This document shows positions 26,873 through 36,409 of a stretch of DNA of 64,000 nucleotides, piece after piece. The DNA is from a virus. The DNA lies in the IMG/VR virus record IMGVR_UViG_3300000115_000005, one strand, 5' to 3'. Positions within the stretch are counted from its first letter, which is position 1, and each line of letters starts with the position of its first letter. The translations under genes and the position numbers were made by a program. The notes under the pieces were generated by a model, which ran no database searches, was not told where the DNA came from, and saw only the letters and a program-made list of their open reading frames with translations.

Positions 26873-29247
26873 TTTACCGCAATTTTTTCTATAAATTTTG
26901 TTGCTAGTATGCGATTTACTGATCTAGTTCTATTCATTTTAGTGAATTGACTAGCAAGGCTTCTTGTATTGATACTCTTTTTATTATTAACCTCAAACTC
27001 AAACTCTTCATCATCAGTAGTAAGCTTATTACTATCATTTAGAATATAAAACTGATCAAAGCCTTTGTTATTTGATTCTATAAACTTTTGCTTTCTAGCT
27101 ATTTTCTTAACCGCTTCTTTCTCTTCCCAAGGAGCTCTATAAAAATTTACGTTTTTAGAATCTTTAGGAACATATCTATAATTAATTGCATCTGACATTT
27201 TAGTTGAAACAAAGAAACCGAAAACTTGTGTATCAGTCTTAGCTTTGAGCCATATTAATAAATCATTTGTAATATTATTATTTCGATCATTTGTTACAAC
27301 ACTTGAAAAACGAACTTTTTTATCTTGTATAACAAAGTTGTAGTCTGAATTTCTCGTACCAATAGTACGCCAATGTGCCTTTAATGTATGCTTATCACCA
27401 ACTACTTCTGGATCATACCAAGTATTATATGATTGACTCCAATTAGAATCACCATCATGTACAAAAATAGTATTTACAATATCTAAATTGTTCTTTTGTC
27501 TAAACTCTGGTATAATTGTACCAAGAGCTACGATAGCCTCATTCAATGGTGTACTACTTAAACCTAATTCCTCTGGTATTAAACCATAACCAACATTAAG
27601 AGTGCTGTAATTGTAACTTGACTTACCTAATAACAAATTCTCAAGTGCATTTTTATATGCAGCTGCACCCATATCAGAATTAATAAATTCTCTTAATGCC
27701 CAATCATCATCAAGAGCAAGTGATCCTTCAGTTACATACCATTTATCAGTTAGTTTAACGCTTTCTGAATAATCTTCATAGCTACTTTTTATAGGTCTAG
27801 AGGTGAAACCAAAAACTCTAAATGGTATTTGAACTTTCTTACAAAAAGCAGTAAGAATAGCAATTTGCTCAATTGAACCGGCCATGTTGCGATCCATAGA
27901 GCCTGATAAATCAAGAACTAGAATCATACCATGATTTTTACCTTTTGGTAATTTTGTCAACTTACGAAAAATTTGATCGTCAAACTTATACTTGTAAATC
28001 TTATTAACATCAATATCACCAGAGGTATATAATCTAGCCTTGGCATATTTTGTAGCGGCTTTTTTCATTTCAAAATCTTTAGCCATCAATGAAATAAAAC
28101 GATCATTTTTCTTCTTAAACTCATTTAAAACATGGCTACGACTAAAAAGTTTTTTAGCCTCAGAAACCTCAATAAGATTTCTTTTAATATTGAAGTGCCA
28201 AAAACCATCGCCTCTAGTTGCTATTTCATCATAGAATTTTGTCATACCTTTATTCACCGTTACAGTATCTTCTAAAATTCTTTCTAAGCGTGGCTTTGGT
28301 ATGTCAATATAAATATTGTCTTTAGAAGATTCGCTAAGTAATTGACTTTCATTTTCTCTAAATGATTCATCAGTTTCGCAAGTTGGCTCATGTTTTTCAT
28401 GACCATCAACAGCGCCATGAGGCGAAACTCCTTGATCTTCTGAATCTTTTTCATTCTCTTCTTCTGATTCATCTTCCTCTTCAAGCTTGAAATTACTATC
28501 AGATGATACTTTAGAATCCTCATCTTCATCAGATTCATCAGATTCTATTTCTTCTTGTTCTGATTGATCTTCATTATCCGAATCATCATTAGGAGAAAAA
28601 CCGGTTTGATCAGATTTACCAGTCGGATCTTCAACATACAAATCTTCTATATCAGTATAATCAAACATAGTAGTTTGATCTTGTTCCTGTTCCTCTACTG
28701 CCTGATCCCACAATCTATCTGTCATAGCAATAACATCTTCCCATGATTCTAGTTTTTTAATTTCATCAATAATTAAGGACTCTTCATTAGAGAATTGAAT
28801 AGGCATAGAATATGAACTCTTTGTGAAAAGATTAATTCTATCAATAAAGCTTAACTCATTTATTTCTTCAATATCTTGAATACCAAATAAGTCCATATCT
28901 AAAAGTTCATTAAAACCTTTGATGTAAGATTTTACAAGACCTGGATATCTTCTTTTAATTCTTTTTTCAATACGAGCATCTTCAATAACATTAAGAAAGT
29001 TCTTATAGTTTCTGCCATTTTTAGATACAGCACCATGCCAACCATCAGCCGGAGTATTTAAAGCATGACCAACTTCATGACTCATTAATAAATCATAAAG
29101 TTCTGGACTCATATCTTTCCAGATAGGGCAAGTAAGAACTCTTGTTGTAGGATTGAATGAAGCTGTTTGTACTTTTTTATGTTGTATTACAACATTTTCA
29201 GTAGCAAGTAACTTCGCTAATTGTGATTTCTGTTCAACTAATGACAT
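26866..29247 (-). CDS. CobT-like protein: N-terminal HExxH metallopeptidase-like domain, acidic linker, vWA domain
   Basis: SHEVGHAL, NVIEDARIE, D/E-rich linker, LDLSGSM (MIDAS), STPLNE, HDGD. Confidence 0.85.
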   Translation of the reverse strand: MSLVEQKSQLAKLLATENVVIQHKKVQTASFNPTTRVLTCPIWKDMSPELYDLLMSHEVGHALNTPADGWHGAVSKNGRNYKNFLNVIEDARIEKRIKRRYPGLVKSYIKGFNELLDMDLFGIQDIEEINELSFIDRINLFTKSSYSMPIQFSNEESLIIDEIKKLESWEDVIAMTDRLWDQAVEEQEQDQTTMFDYTDIEDLYVEDPTGKSDQTGFSPNDDSDNEDQSEQEEIESDESDEDEDSKVSSDSNFKLEEEDESEEENEKDSEDQGVSPHGAVDGHEKHEPTCETDESFRENESQLLSESSKDNIYIDIPKPRLERILEDTVTVNKGMTKFYDEIATRGDGFWHFNIKRNLIEVSEAKKLFSRSHVLNEFKKKNDRFISLMAKDFEMKKAATKYAKARLYTSGDIDVNKIYKYKFDDQIFRKLTKLPKGKNHGMILVLDLSGSMDRNMAGSIEQIAILTAFCKKVQIPFRVFGFTSRPIKSSYEDYSESVKLTDKWYVTEGSLALDDDWALREFINSDMGAAAYKNALENLLLGKSSYNYSTLNVGYGLIPEELGLSSTPLNEAIVALGTIIPEFRQKNNLDIVNTIFVHDGDSNWSQSYNTWYDPEVVGDKHTLKAHWRTIGTRNSDYNFVIQDKKVRFSSVVTNDRNNNITNDLLIWLKAKTDTQVFGFFVSTKMSDAINYRYVPKDSKNVNFYRAPWEEKEAVKKIARKQKFIESNNKGFDQFYILNDSNKLTTDDEEFEFEVNNKKSINTRSLASQFTKMNRTRSVNRILATKFIEKIAVKL

Positions 29248-29279
29248 AAAACTCCCTAATAATTAACTCTATGTCTACC

Positions 29280-29308
29280 ATCCTAGAGGAAGGCTGCTCA
29301 ACTGTCAA
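29280..29308 (-). promoter_or_regulatory. Sigma70-type early promoter
   Basis: TTGACA-17 nt-TAGGAT followed by GGTA, as in the other two early promoters. Confidence 0.85.
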
Positions 29309-29317
29309 GCATTAATT

Positions 29318-29337
29318 TTGTTGTTAAAATACAACAA
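29318..29337. promoter_or_regulatory. Palindromic operator-like site TTGTTG-N8-CAACAA
   Basis: TTGTTGTTAAAATACAACAA upstream of the -35. Confidence 0.5.
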
Positions 29338-29340
29338 AGG

Positions 29341-29405
29341 TGGAGCGGTGTTGTGGAGTTGCACCACACTAATTACTGGGAGTAACTTGTCCTACGACCC
29401 ACCGC
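29341..29405 (-). tRNA. Non-canonical 65-nt tRNA-Gly(CCC)-like RNA with a reduced D arm
   Basis: GCGGTGG GTCGTAGGAC A AGTTA-CTCCCAG-TAATT AG TGTGG-TGCAACT-CCACA ACACCGC T CCA: acceptor stem, 7-nt anticodon loop with U33 and CCC, T arm, U73 and encoded CCA. Confidence 0.75.
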
Positions 29406-29430
29406 AAATTATGTATATACTATAACATAA

Positions 29431-30714
29431 CTATCTGCCAATTTGGGGCAAATATGAATCTTTTGTTTCATTCCATGATTTATATATTAAATCGTCATAA
29501 AATAAACTTTCTTTCGATTCTCTACCTTTTTTGACCAATTGTTTAATTCTAGGTTTTGCATACTTGTATTTCCAAAGCTCTGATAGTGACTCTGTGGAAT
29601 TATCAAATGCCTTTGTCAAATCATTTATTTCAGCTTCACCTCTCAAGTATGCACAGCTTTTATCATATAAGGGGCAAAAGTAAACACCTCTTGCGTGATC
29701 AGATTTCATTATTTCTTTTGGTATATTACCTAATTTACTATATGTGAAAGCATACGATCTATGCCTATGATCTCTTTTTAATTGTTGACCATTTGGTCTT
29801 TTGGCAACATACCATTCAAAATATTTTCGTGGGTGGTTTTTCATCAACCAATGTCTAATTTGATATATTGTTTTCTTTGTTGGTTCATATGAAACAGAAC
29901 CACTTGTAAAGCCCATTGGCTTCCAATATTTTAAATTATCATATTGTGATAGACCACCTTTTTTTGTTTTACCATAAAGTGATGTTGTTGTTACACTTAC
30001 TAAATCATCACCATAATTTTTCTTCCATTGTGATTGTACCTGTTCTGATAAACAAAGTAAAGCTAATAGTTTACCACCAACATAATTAAAACCAAGAGGT
30101 TGTAATGGTACAATCGTAGAACCTATTGCTGTATGATTTAACATACCACTTTCTGTTTTGTAATTACGATCCCAACCAATAAATTTATCTCTTGGTGTTA
30201 AGTCAATAAAATCACCTGTAATGCAAATAACACCAAGATATTTTTTAGTTTTTTTATCACGAATAATATAAGCTAAATTACGGCCTATATTGGAGTTGTT
30301 TCTCATTGTAGATGTAAAAGTTCTAATAGCATTCCATATTTCTGGCATACCATCTTTACCACCTGTATAAATCATTTCAGGTTCTAACTCTAGGTAATCT
30401 TCATTTGTTTTTGGTTGCCAAATATTATTTTTAACCTCTGCTAAAGCTTTTCTTTGTTTCTCATCTTTTAATACTTGTCGTTCACCCTCCCACAAATCGT
30501 TTACTGTGATTGTTGGGTATCTTTGTTTTACTTCACAAAACTTTTGATATAGTGTATATTCTCTTACGTCCATTTGAGAAACATAAGATAAATCTGTTAC
30601 AATGTTTTCTTTCAAATCTGAATCTGATATATCATCAAATACTATTTCAGACTCACTCCACTTTTTCCATTGTGTTTCTACATCATCTTTTACATCATAT
30701 TTGTATGTACTCAT
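29431..30714 (-). CDS. DUF4338/DruA-like protein, copy 2 (putative GNAT/Mom-like transferase)
   Basis: IGRNL..IIRD, LTPRDKFIGW, IVPLQPLGFNYVGGKLLAL, TTTSLYG, SQYD, GFTSG, HARGVY. Confidence 0.65.
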   Translation of the reverse strand: MSTYKYDVKDDVETQWKKWSESEIVFDDISDSDLKENIVTDLSYVSQMDVREYTLYQKFCEVKQRYPTITVNDLWEGERQVLKDEKQRKALAEVKNNIWQPKTNEDYLELEPEMIYTGGKDGMPEIWNAIRTFTSTMRNNSNIGRNLAYIIRDKKTKKYLGVICITGDFIDLTPRDKFIGWDRNYKTESGMLNHTAIGSTIVPLQPLGFNYVGGKLLALLCLSEQVQSQWKKNYGDDLVSVTTTSLYGKTKKGGLSQYDNLKYWKPMGFTSGSVSYEPTKKTIYQIRHWLMKNHPRKYFEWYVAKRPNGQQLKRDHRHRSYAFTYSKLGNIPKEIMKSDHARGVYFCPLYDKSCAYLRGEAEINDLTKAFDNSTESLSELWKYKYAKPRIKQLVKKGRESKESLFYDDLIYKSWNETKDSYLPQIGR

Positions 30715-30986
30715 TTAAGTGTAGAATCGCCATTAAAAATTGAATATTTTGTTTTTTGATTTGCATGGCCTTTTTCAGACTCATATGATACAAACTTTGA
30801 AATCATTTCTAGTTTATCATGATATTCAGCCATTTTACCGAGTTCACTTTCTACACCTTCTGTCCAAGCCGTATGATCATGTATCGCCATTGGGTTATCA
30901 ATCATAATCTCAACATTCATTCTGTGTTTATCCATTTGAGAGATAAGATGATTTTTAAGTGTAGTAATTATTTGTTCTGTTCTCAT
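30711..30986 (-). CDS. Hypothetical protein
   Basis: KHRMNVEI...IHDH...EL.KMAEY.DKLE helical hairpin; coupled ORF. Confidence 0.6.
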   Translation of the reverse strand: MRTEQIITTLKNHLISQMDKHRMNVEIMIDNPMAIHDHTAWTEGVESELGKMAEYHDKLEMISKFVSYESEKGHANQKTKYSIFNGDSTLK

Positions 30987-31618
30987 TTTTTACTCCTTCG
31001 CTCCACTTTTTTTAATAATTTATTTCTTTTTTCTTTAGCTCTTTTAAGTGCAAAAGGACTTGCATGATCAATCATTCTAATACCATTCATATGATCTAGT
31101 TCATGAAAGTAACATTTGGCTGATAAACCATCAAACCTTTGTGTCATTTCTTTACCTTCAGCATTAGTGAATTTACCTACAACCCACTTAGGCCTTCTCA
31201 CACTTATTATTAAACCTGGATAAGATAAACATCCTTCTTTAGAAATTTCTTCTTGTTCTGATTGATCTTCTATTTCAGGATTAATACAGGCAATACATAT
31301 CTCTTCATTACCTATAATAAAAAATCTTTCATTTATACCAACTTGATTTGCTGATAAACCAATACCGCCACTATGTTTCATTGTCAACCACATTCTGTGT
31401 AATAAAGTATTCCAATATTCATCAGGTAAACTATCAACAAATTTTGGCATAGAAGTTTTAAGTATAACATCATTTTCACTTACAAAAGGCAAAAGTTTAT
31501 CTTTAGCAAAATCAGTATTTTTTTTAATTGATCCTCTAACTGTATCAACAGTAGTATTTTTAACTCCTATACCTGTATCAATTTTTAATATATTTTCGTC
31601 ACTCATTTTAAAACCCAA
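30983..31618 (-). CDS. def: Peptide deformylase
   Basis: GIGLSANQVG, EGCLSYP, HELDHMNG. Confidence 0.93.
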   Translation of the reverse strand: MGFKMSDENILKIDTGIGVKNTTVDTVRGSIKKNTDFAKDKLLPFVSENDVILKTSMPKFVDSLPDEYWNTLLHRMWLTMKHSGGIGLSANQVGINERFFIIGNEEICIACINPEIEDQSEQEEISKEGCLSYPGLIISVRRPKWVVGKFTNAEGKEMTQRFDGLSAKCYFHELDHMNGIRMIDHASPFALKRAKEKRNKLLKKVERRSKK

Positions 31619-31800
31619 TCCTCTGCGTTAGCTTCAACATCAAATTCATTATGTGCTATTATACTATTAACTAATATTTTATCTTTATAACATTTTGCAA
31701 TATAACTATTTCCACCACCATGTACTTTGTAATAAACTTTAGCTACTTTTGTACCATCATCTGAATAAAACTCTGACAAAAATTCTTCTTTTTCTAACAT
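31603..31800 (-). CDS. Hypothetical protein
   Basis: Small ORF ending AEDWVL, coupled to gp46. Confidence 0.55.
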   Translation of the reverse strand: MLEKEEFLSEFYSDDGTKVAKVYYKVHGGGNSYIAKCYKDKILVNSIIAHNEFDVEANAEDWVLK

Positions 31801-33512
31801 TAATTAATTATCCTTGAAAAATTACGATCTTTTTTAAATTTAATCACATTCATAAATTTGTCTTGTAATACATCTCCTTTATGACTAATTACGAATAAAT
31901 TAACATCTTCTAGTAATTGTAAAATTTTCATCAAATCTTCAGTACCATTTGCATCTAATGAAGAATCAAAAGTTTCATCAAGAATAAGCAAGTTTGTATT
32001 CGCTGAATTTTTTATCTTAGCTACAGCACGCCAAGTTAAAAGTAAAGCCATATCAATTCTTTGTTTCTCACCTTCACTAAATGAAGCATATGAAAAATCA
32101 TCTCTATGTCTTGACTTAATCGTTTCTTTAAAACCTTCATCTAAATTAAAATTAACAAAAAAATCTAAACTCGACAAATACTTATTAGTAAGTTGATTAA
32201 TAATAGGCAAGTATTGTTTAATTATTTTTGTTTTAATGCCTGTATCTTTCAATAGTATTGAAGCCACCTCATAATAAATTTTGTCATCTAAAAGCTCTTT
32301 TAATTCACTTTTTGTATCAACTAATTTTTTTTCTAATACTTTTAATTCTTCTTCTTCTTTTTGTGAAGTTGATTTTGAAGTTTTTAAACCATCTATTTCT
32401 TGTTCTATCTCAACTATCTTTTCTCTTTTTACAGTAATTACGTTATTATTTGTGGCAATATTTACTTGTAATTCATGTATGTCCTCTTGAGCCTCTTGTA
32501 TTCTATTTAATTTTTTCTGTTCTTCAAAAAACTTAGTTTCTAATTCTTTTAGTCCATCTTCATATTTTACTAGGTTATCTGACAAATTGTCAAGCTTATT
32601 TGTTTTAAATGCCTCATTAATTGCCTGTTTACAGGTGGGGCAATCATCATGATTTTTAAAGAACGTAATATCTTCATTATGATTCTTTATGTTTGATTCT
32701 ATTTGAGATTCTAATTTTGTAATCTTTTTAATTCTTGATTCTGACTGTGTTTTTAATTTAACTTCTTCTTGTAATATACCTACAGCTATAGTATTTGCCT
32801 CGTTATATTGAGTGTAATTTATTACATCAGTTTCACAATTTTGTTTTTCGTTTTTATATTTTTCAATTTTTAAACGATTATCTTCTTTTAGTGTGTTTAT
32901 ATACGCAAGCTTCATTTCATGTTTTTGATCATTCAATTCGATTGAATGTTTTTTTTCTGTAACATTTTCCTTATTCTCTTGCATTTTACTTTTTAATAAT
33001 CCATTCATTACAGAAAATACTCTAATGTCTAACAAATCTTCTATGATTGATCTTCTATCATTTGGTGATAATTGCATGAATGGTGTAAAAGAAGCTGAAC
33101 CTAACATGACAATTTGTGTAAAAGATTTAAAGTTTAATTTAAGTATGAATTTTTCTAAAAAATCTTGGTAATCTCTAGCAGAGGCATCTTGATTAAGTAA
33201 TTCATTATTTTCATATATTTCAAAAACATTTGGCTTGGCACCACGAATAACTCTATACGATTTATTGTTTGTGTCGAATTGAATCTCAACAACACAATCT
33301 CTAGTGTTAATTGAATTTACAATTTGTGTTTTTGAGATTTTACGAAAAGGTTTATTGAATAGGCCAAAGCACAGAGCATCAAGTAAAGTTGATTTACCAG
33401 AACCATTTTCACCTACAATTAAAGAACTATCTTTATTGTCAAGCTTAACTTCTGTAAAATAGTTACCTGTTGATAATAAATTTTTCCATTTTATTCTGCG
33501 AAATATGATCAT
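31800..33512 (-). CDS. gp46: Recombination endonuclease ATPase subunit (SbcC/Rad50-like)
   Basis: GENGSGKST, CPTC hook, FSEGEKQRID, LILDETFDSSLD, ISH. Confidence 0.97.
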   Translation of the reverse strand: MIIFRRIKWKNLLSTGNYFTEVKLDNKDSSLIVGENGSGKSTLLDALCFGLFNKPFRKISKTQIVNSINTRDCVVEIQFDTNNKSYRVIRGAKPNVFEIYENNELLNQDASARDYQDFLEKFILKLNFKSFTQIVMLGSASFTPFMQLSPNDRRSIIEDLLDIRVFSVMNGLLKSKMQENKENVTEKKHSIELNDQKHEMKLAYINTLKEDNRLKIEKYKNEKQNCETDVINYTQYNEANTIAVGILQEEVKLKTQSESRIKKITKLESQIESNIKNHNEDITFFKNHDDCPTCKQAINEAFKTNKLDNLSDNLVKYEDGLKELETKFFEEQKKLNRIQEAQEDIHELQVNIATNNNVITVKREKIVEIEQEIDGLKTSKSTSQKEEEELKVLEKKLVDTKSELKELLDDKIYYEVASILLKDTGIKTKIIKQYLPIINQLTNKYLSSLDFFVNFNLDEGFKETIKSRHRDDFSYASFSEGEKQRIDMALLLTWRAVAKIKNSANTNLLILDETFDSSLDANGTEDLMKILQLLEDVNLFVISHKGDVLQDKFMNVIKFKKDRNFSRIIN

Positions 33513-34189
33513 CTAAATTTTGGCCCCAGAACCCAAATTACAATTGATTTTCTTGTGCCTTTTGTAACAGGTTTTACTCTATGCACCATGAATGATGGAA
33601 ACACAATTATGTCACCTTTTTTCATTTGTATTGACTCAGCATTTTTTTCTTCACCTGAATTAATTTGAAATTCACCGCCTTCAAAATCTACACCAGGTTC
33701 ATTTAATAAAAATGTAACTGACAACTTTCTAGTTTCATACATATCATCAGGTAATGAGTTACCCATAATTGTATCTTGATGAAAATCATATTTACCTTTT
33801 TCGTAATCATGATAAACAGTATATTGAAAAGTATCATAACCATTCAAGTCAAAATTATAAAATTGCACATTTAAACAATCTATTACATAATTTAATCTAT
33901 CATAAATCCAAGCCGTTTTCTCATCTCTGTTAATAAATGCAACATCAGATTTTCTCACAGCTTCATTCGGTTTTTGAGTGCTTATTATATTTGCTTTTGT
34001 ATTTGAATTTGATTTTCCTTCAAGTTTTGTCTGAATTGTACTGCCCCTATCAAGTTCATATTCATCCATTTGTTTATGAAGTTGATCCATTTCTTTTTCA
34101 TCAAAAGCCTTAGACCAATAACAATATGTAAAAAATTTTCTTTGTCTTTCCTGTGGGTTATTGTATATGCCTCTATAGCTGTGACTCAT
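33509..34189 (-). CDS. 2OG-Fe(II) oxygenase (PKHD-type)
   Basis: YDFHQD, RKLSVT, FEGGEF, FPSFMVHRVKPVTKGTRKS. Confidence 0.9.
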   Translation of the reverse strand: MSHSYRGIYNNPQERQRKFFTYCYWSKAFDEKEMDQLHKQMDEYELDRGSTIQTKLEGKSNSNTKANIISTQKPNEAVRKSDVAFINRDEKTAWIYDRLNYVIDCLNVQFYNFDLNGYDTFQYTVYHDYEKGKYDFHQDTIMGNSLPDDMYETRKLSVTFLLNEPGVDFEGGEFQINSGEEKNAESIQMKKGDIIVFPSFMVHRVKPVTKGTRKSIVIWVLGPKFR

Positions 34190-35262
34190 TCTGTACGCTC
34201 CTCATTCATAGCATCAACATAAAGTTCTTTCATTAAATCCTTCAATTTATTTGAATCTTTTACAAGATCATCAGAACGATCATCAATGTACTTTGACAAT
34301 ATTGTTATTGTATCTTCTGCTTGATTAATAATATCCTTATCAACTCCAAAATTCATATCACTAAAATCTTCAACAATGGACATATCAGCAACTTCAGCCT
34401 TATAAAAGTTATCTACAACCGTATCAAAAAGATATGGGTTTTGTTTATTTAAAACTACAATCTTGACATAAGAATCTTTTGTTTTTTTATAATCAAAGTT
34501 ATTCCAATGTTCAAAGTTTGTTTGCGAATCATCATACCTTATTCTATGAAACATTTGATATGGATTTGATATAAACTCCATTTCTCTTGTTTCAGTATCT
34601 AATATATGAAAACCTTTAGTATCACCATAATCAGACCACATCATTTCATAAGGCGTACCAACATAGTAAATATGTCCATCATCTGATTTATGGTGAAAAT
34701 GGCCTGTTAAAACCATATCATACTTGTTAAATTTGTTTCTATCTAAACCACCTAAACATTTATTACCTCTATACATTTCAAAACCATCAATATCAAAATG
34801 GCCAAAACATATATCTGAAGTGCTAGTTTTCATAGATTCAAATATTTCATTTTCATTTTCTTTACATAACCAAGGCACAATATCAACTTTCATACCATCA
34901 AATTCTATCTGAGTATAATTACTATACACAGTTACATTATTATATTCTTTTAGAAGAAGCTCTGATGAATTTACCTTTAAGGTATTCTTATATGATATGT
35001 CATGATTACCTAAAAGAGTATACATTTTTATATTGTTATCTTTTAGCTTATCAAAAAAATATTTACGGCACAAGTATAGTGAATTAAAATTGATATATTT
35101 TCTGCGATCAAAAAGATCGCCTAGCTGAAATACTGTATCAATATTATTTTCTATTAAATATGGAAAGAAAGTATTTTCATAAAACTTTTCAAAGAAATTA
35201 TGAAAATCTACTGAATCACCTCTTGCTCCAAAATGTGTATCGCCTAATATACAAAGTTTCAA
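34186..35262 (-). CDS. gp47: Recombination endonuclease nuclease subunit (SbcD/Mre11-like)
   Basis: GDTHFG, LGDLFDRR, GNHD, GHFH; TTG start with AGGAG. Confidence 0.97.
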   Translation of the reverse strand: MKLCILGDTHFGARGDSVDFHNFFEKFYENTFFPYLIENNIDTVFQLGDLFDRRKYINFNSLYLCRKYFFDKLKDNNIKMYTLLGNHDISYKNTLKVNSSELLLKEYNNVTVYSNYTQIEFDGMKVDIVPWLCKENENEIFESMKTSTSDICFGHFDIDGFEMYRGNKCLGGLDRNKFNKYDMVLTGHFHHKSDDGHIYYVGTPYEMMWSDYGDTKGFHILDTETREMEFISNPYQMFHRIRYDDSQTNFEHWNNFDYKKTKDSYVKIVVLNKQNPYLFDTVVDNFYKAEVADMSIVEDFSDMNFGVDKDIINQAEDTITILSKYIDDRSDDLVKDSNKLKDLMKELYVDAMNEERTE

Positions 35263-35280
35263 TATGTATGCTCCTAACTA

Positions 35281-35802
35281 TCACAGAAATTTCTCAAGAC
35301 CTTTTATTTTAGCCTCTTTCTTTTTCTTCTTACTTTCTTCAAAGTTTTGAATGAACTCTGCTATGTTATCATAAAGTTCAAAAGGTTTCAAGCTTCCATC
35401 AGGCAATTGTTCTTGATCTTCCATTATACCCATCTGTTCTGTGGCCTTATATTTTACATATAGCTGTTTTTTTTCTTTGGTAATTCTTCGTAAAAAGGCA
35501 TAGTAAATTATTTGTGTAAAATAGGCAAAAGGATTTTTACTTTTTTCTGGATTGAAATTACGAAAATACATTAGGCAATTTTCTATACCATCTGAAATCA
35601 TTTCATCTCGAAAAGAATATGATATGAAGTTAGGTTTTCTTGATAGGTGCTCAGCTATTTTGAAAAAACATTCACCAATGTAATTTGGTATTTGTGGTTC
35701 TGTTGTTTCATATTCTCTTGCTTTTGTACAAGCGTCTTTATATTCTATTAATGCTTTTAAAAAGTCTGCATTGTTTACATAATGATTCGATTTTTTAGTC
35801 AT
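35281..35802 (-). CDS. gp55: Late transcription sigma factor
   Basis: HYVNNADF, YIGECF.KIA, NPFAYFTQIIYYAFLRRI. Confidence 0.96.
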   Translation of the reverse strand: MTKKSNHYVNNADFLKALIEYKDACTKAREYETTEPQIPNYIGECFFKIAEHLSRKPNFISYSFRDEMISDGIENCLMYFRNFNPEKSKNPFAYFTQIIYYAFLRRITKEKKQLYVKYKATEQMGIMEDQEQLPDGSLKPFELYDNIAEFIQNFEESKKKKKEAKIKGLEKFL

Positions 35803-36401
35803 AATTCACTTTCAAATAATTTAGCATATGGTTGTTTATCATAAGCATACTCAGGGTAATGAGGACCGTTTTTATCTATGTAATGTAAAAAAGCTTGGCC
35901 AAGACGATATTTTTTACCACCTTTACATACTTCACGCCAATGTTCATAATCACAACCTCGATATATTACTGCATCACCATCTTTTAAAATACATTCGGTA
36001 CCTTCCATAAAAATAGGCCAATTATATCCATCTCTACTTGTATCAGATAATTTTACTGTTACTGATATTTCGCAAGAAGGCCTATCTGTATGTTTTTTTA
36101 ATTCATTACCTTCACGGTATAGTCTAACATAAGTGTAAGTAGAACACAAGTCTAGGCCGGTAATAATTTCCATTGTAGGTCGCATTTGTTTCATTAATGC
36201 CTGAAAAGCTAAATCACCGTGTCTAGGTGCAAAAGAACCTGGCACTTGTTCATCACCCAAATAACTATTATCTCTAGATAGTACACGAGCATGACTTGAA
36301 AACTTTAGATATTCAAATAAATATTTAGCTACTTCCCGAGGTATAAATTCTTTTACATGAACGTAACCTTTTTCTTCAAAAGTTTCTTGGTAATTGTGCA
36401 T
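35799..36401 (-). CDS. 2OG-Fe(II) oxygenase-like protein
   Basis: RLYREGNELKKHTDRPSCEISVT, GDAVIYRG..HWRE, QAFLHY; start moved to MHNYQ at 36401. Confidence 0.75.
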   Translation of the reverse strand: MHNYQETFEEKGYVHVKEFIPREVAKYLFEYLKFSSHARVLSRDNSYLGDEQVPGSFAPRHGDLAFQALMKQMRPTMEIITGLDLCSTYTYVRLYREGNELKKHTDRPSCEISVTVKLSDTSRDGYNWPIFMEGTECILKDGDAVIYRGCDYEHWREVCKGGKKYRLGQAFLHYIDKNGPHYPEYAYDKQPYAKLFESEL

Positions 36402-36409
36402 TATTTTGC

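Noticed and set aside
25623-29247. Cobalamin biosynthesis (cobST) AMG
   Set aside because: No CobN partner; MoxR-AAA/vWA pairs are generic chaperone modules common in T4-like phages.
29341-29405. Ordinary translational tRNA-Gly
   Set aside because: Too short, D arm reduced, G7:A66 mismatch, and it decodes the rare GGG codon; reported as tRNA-like instead.
9934-30714. Druantia anti-phage system
   Set aside because: Only DruA-like domains are present, far apart; there is no DruE helicase or other dru gene.
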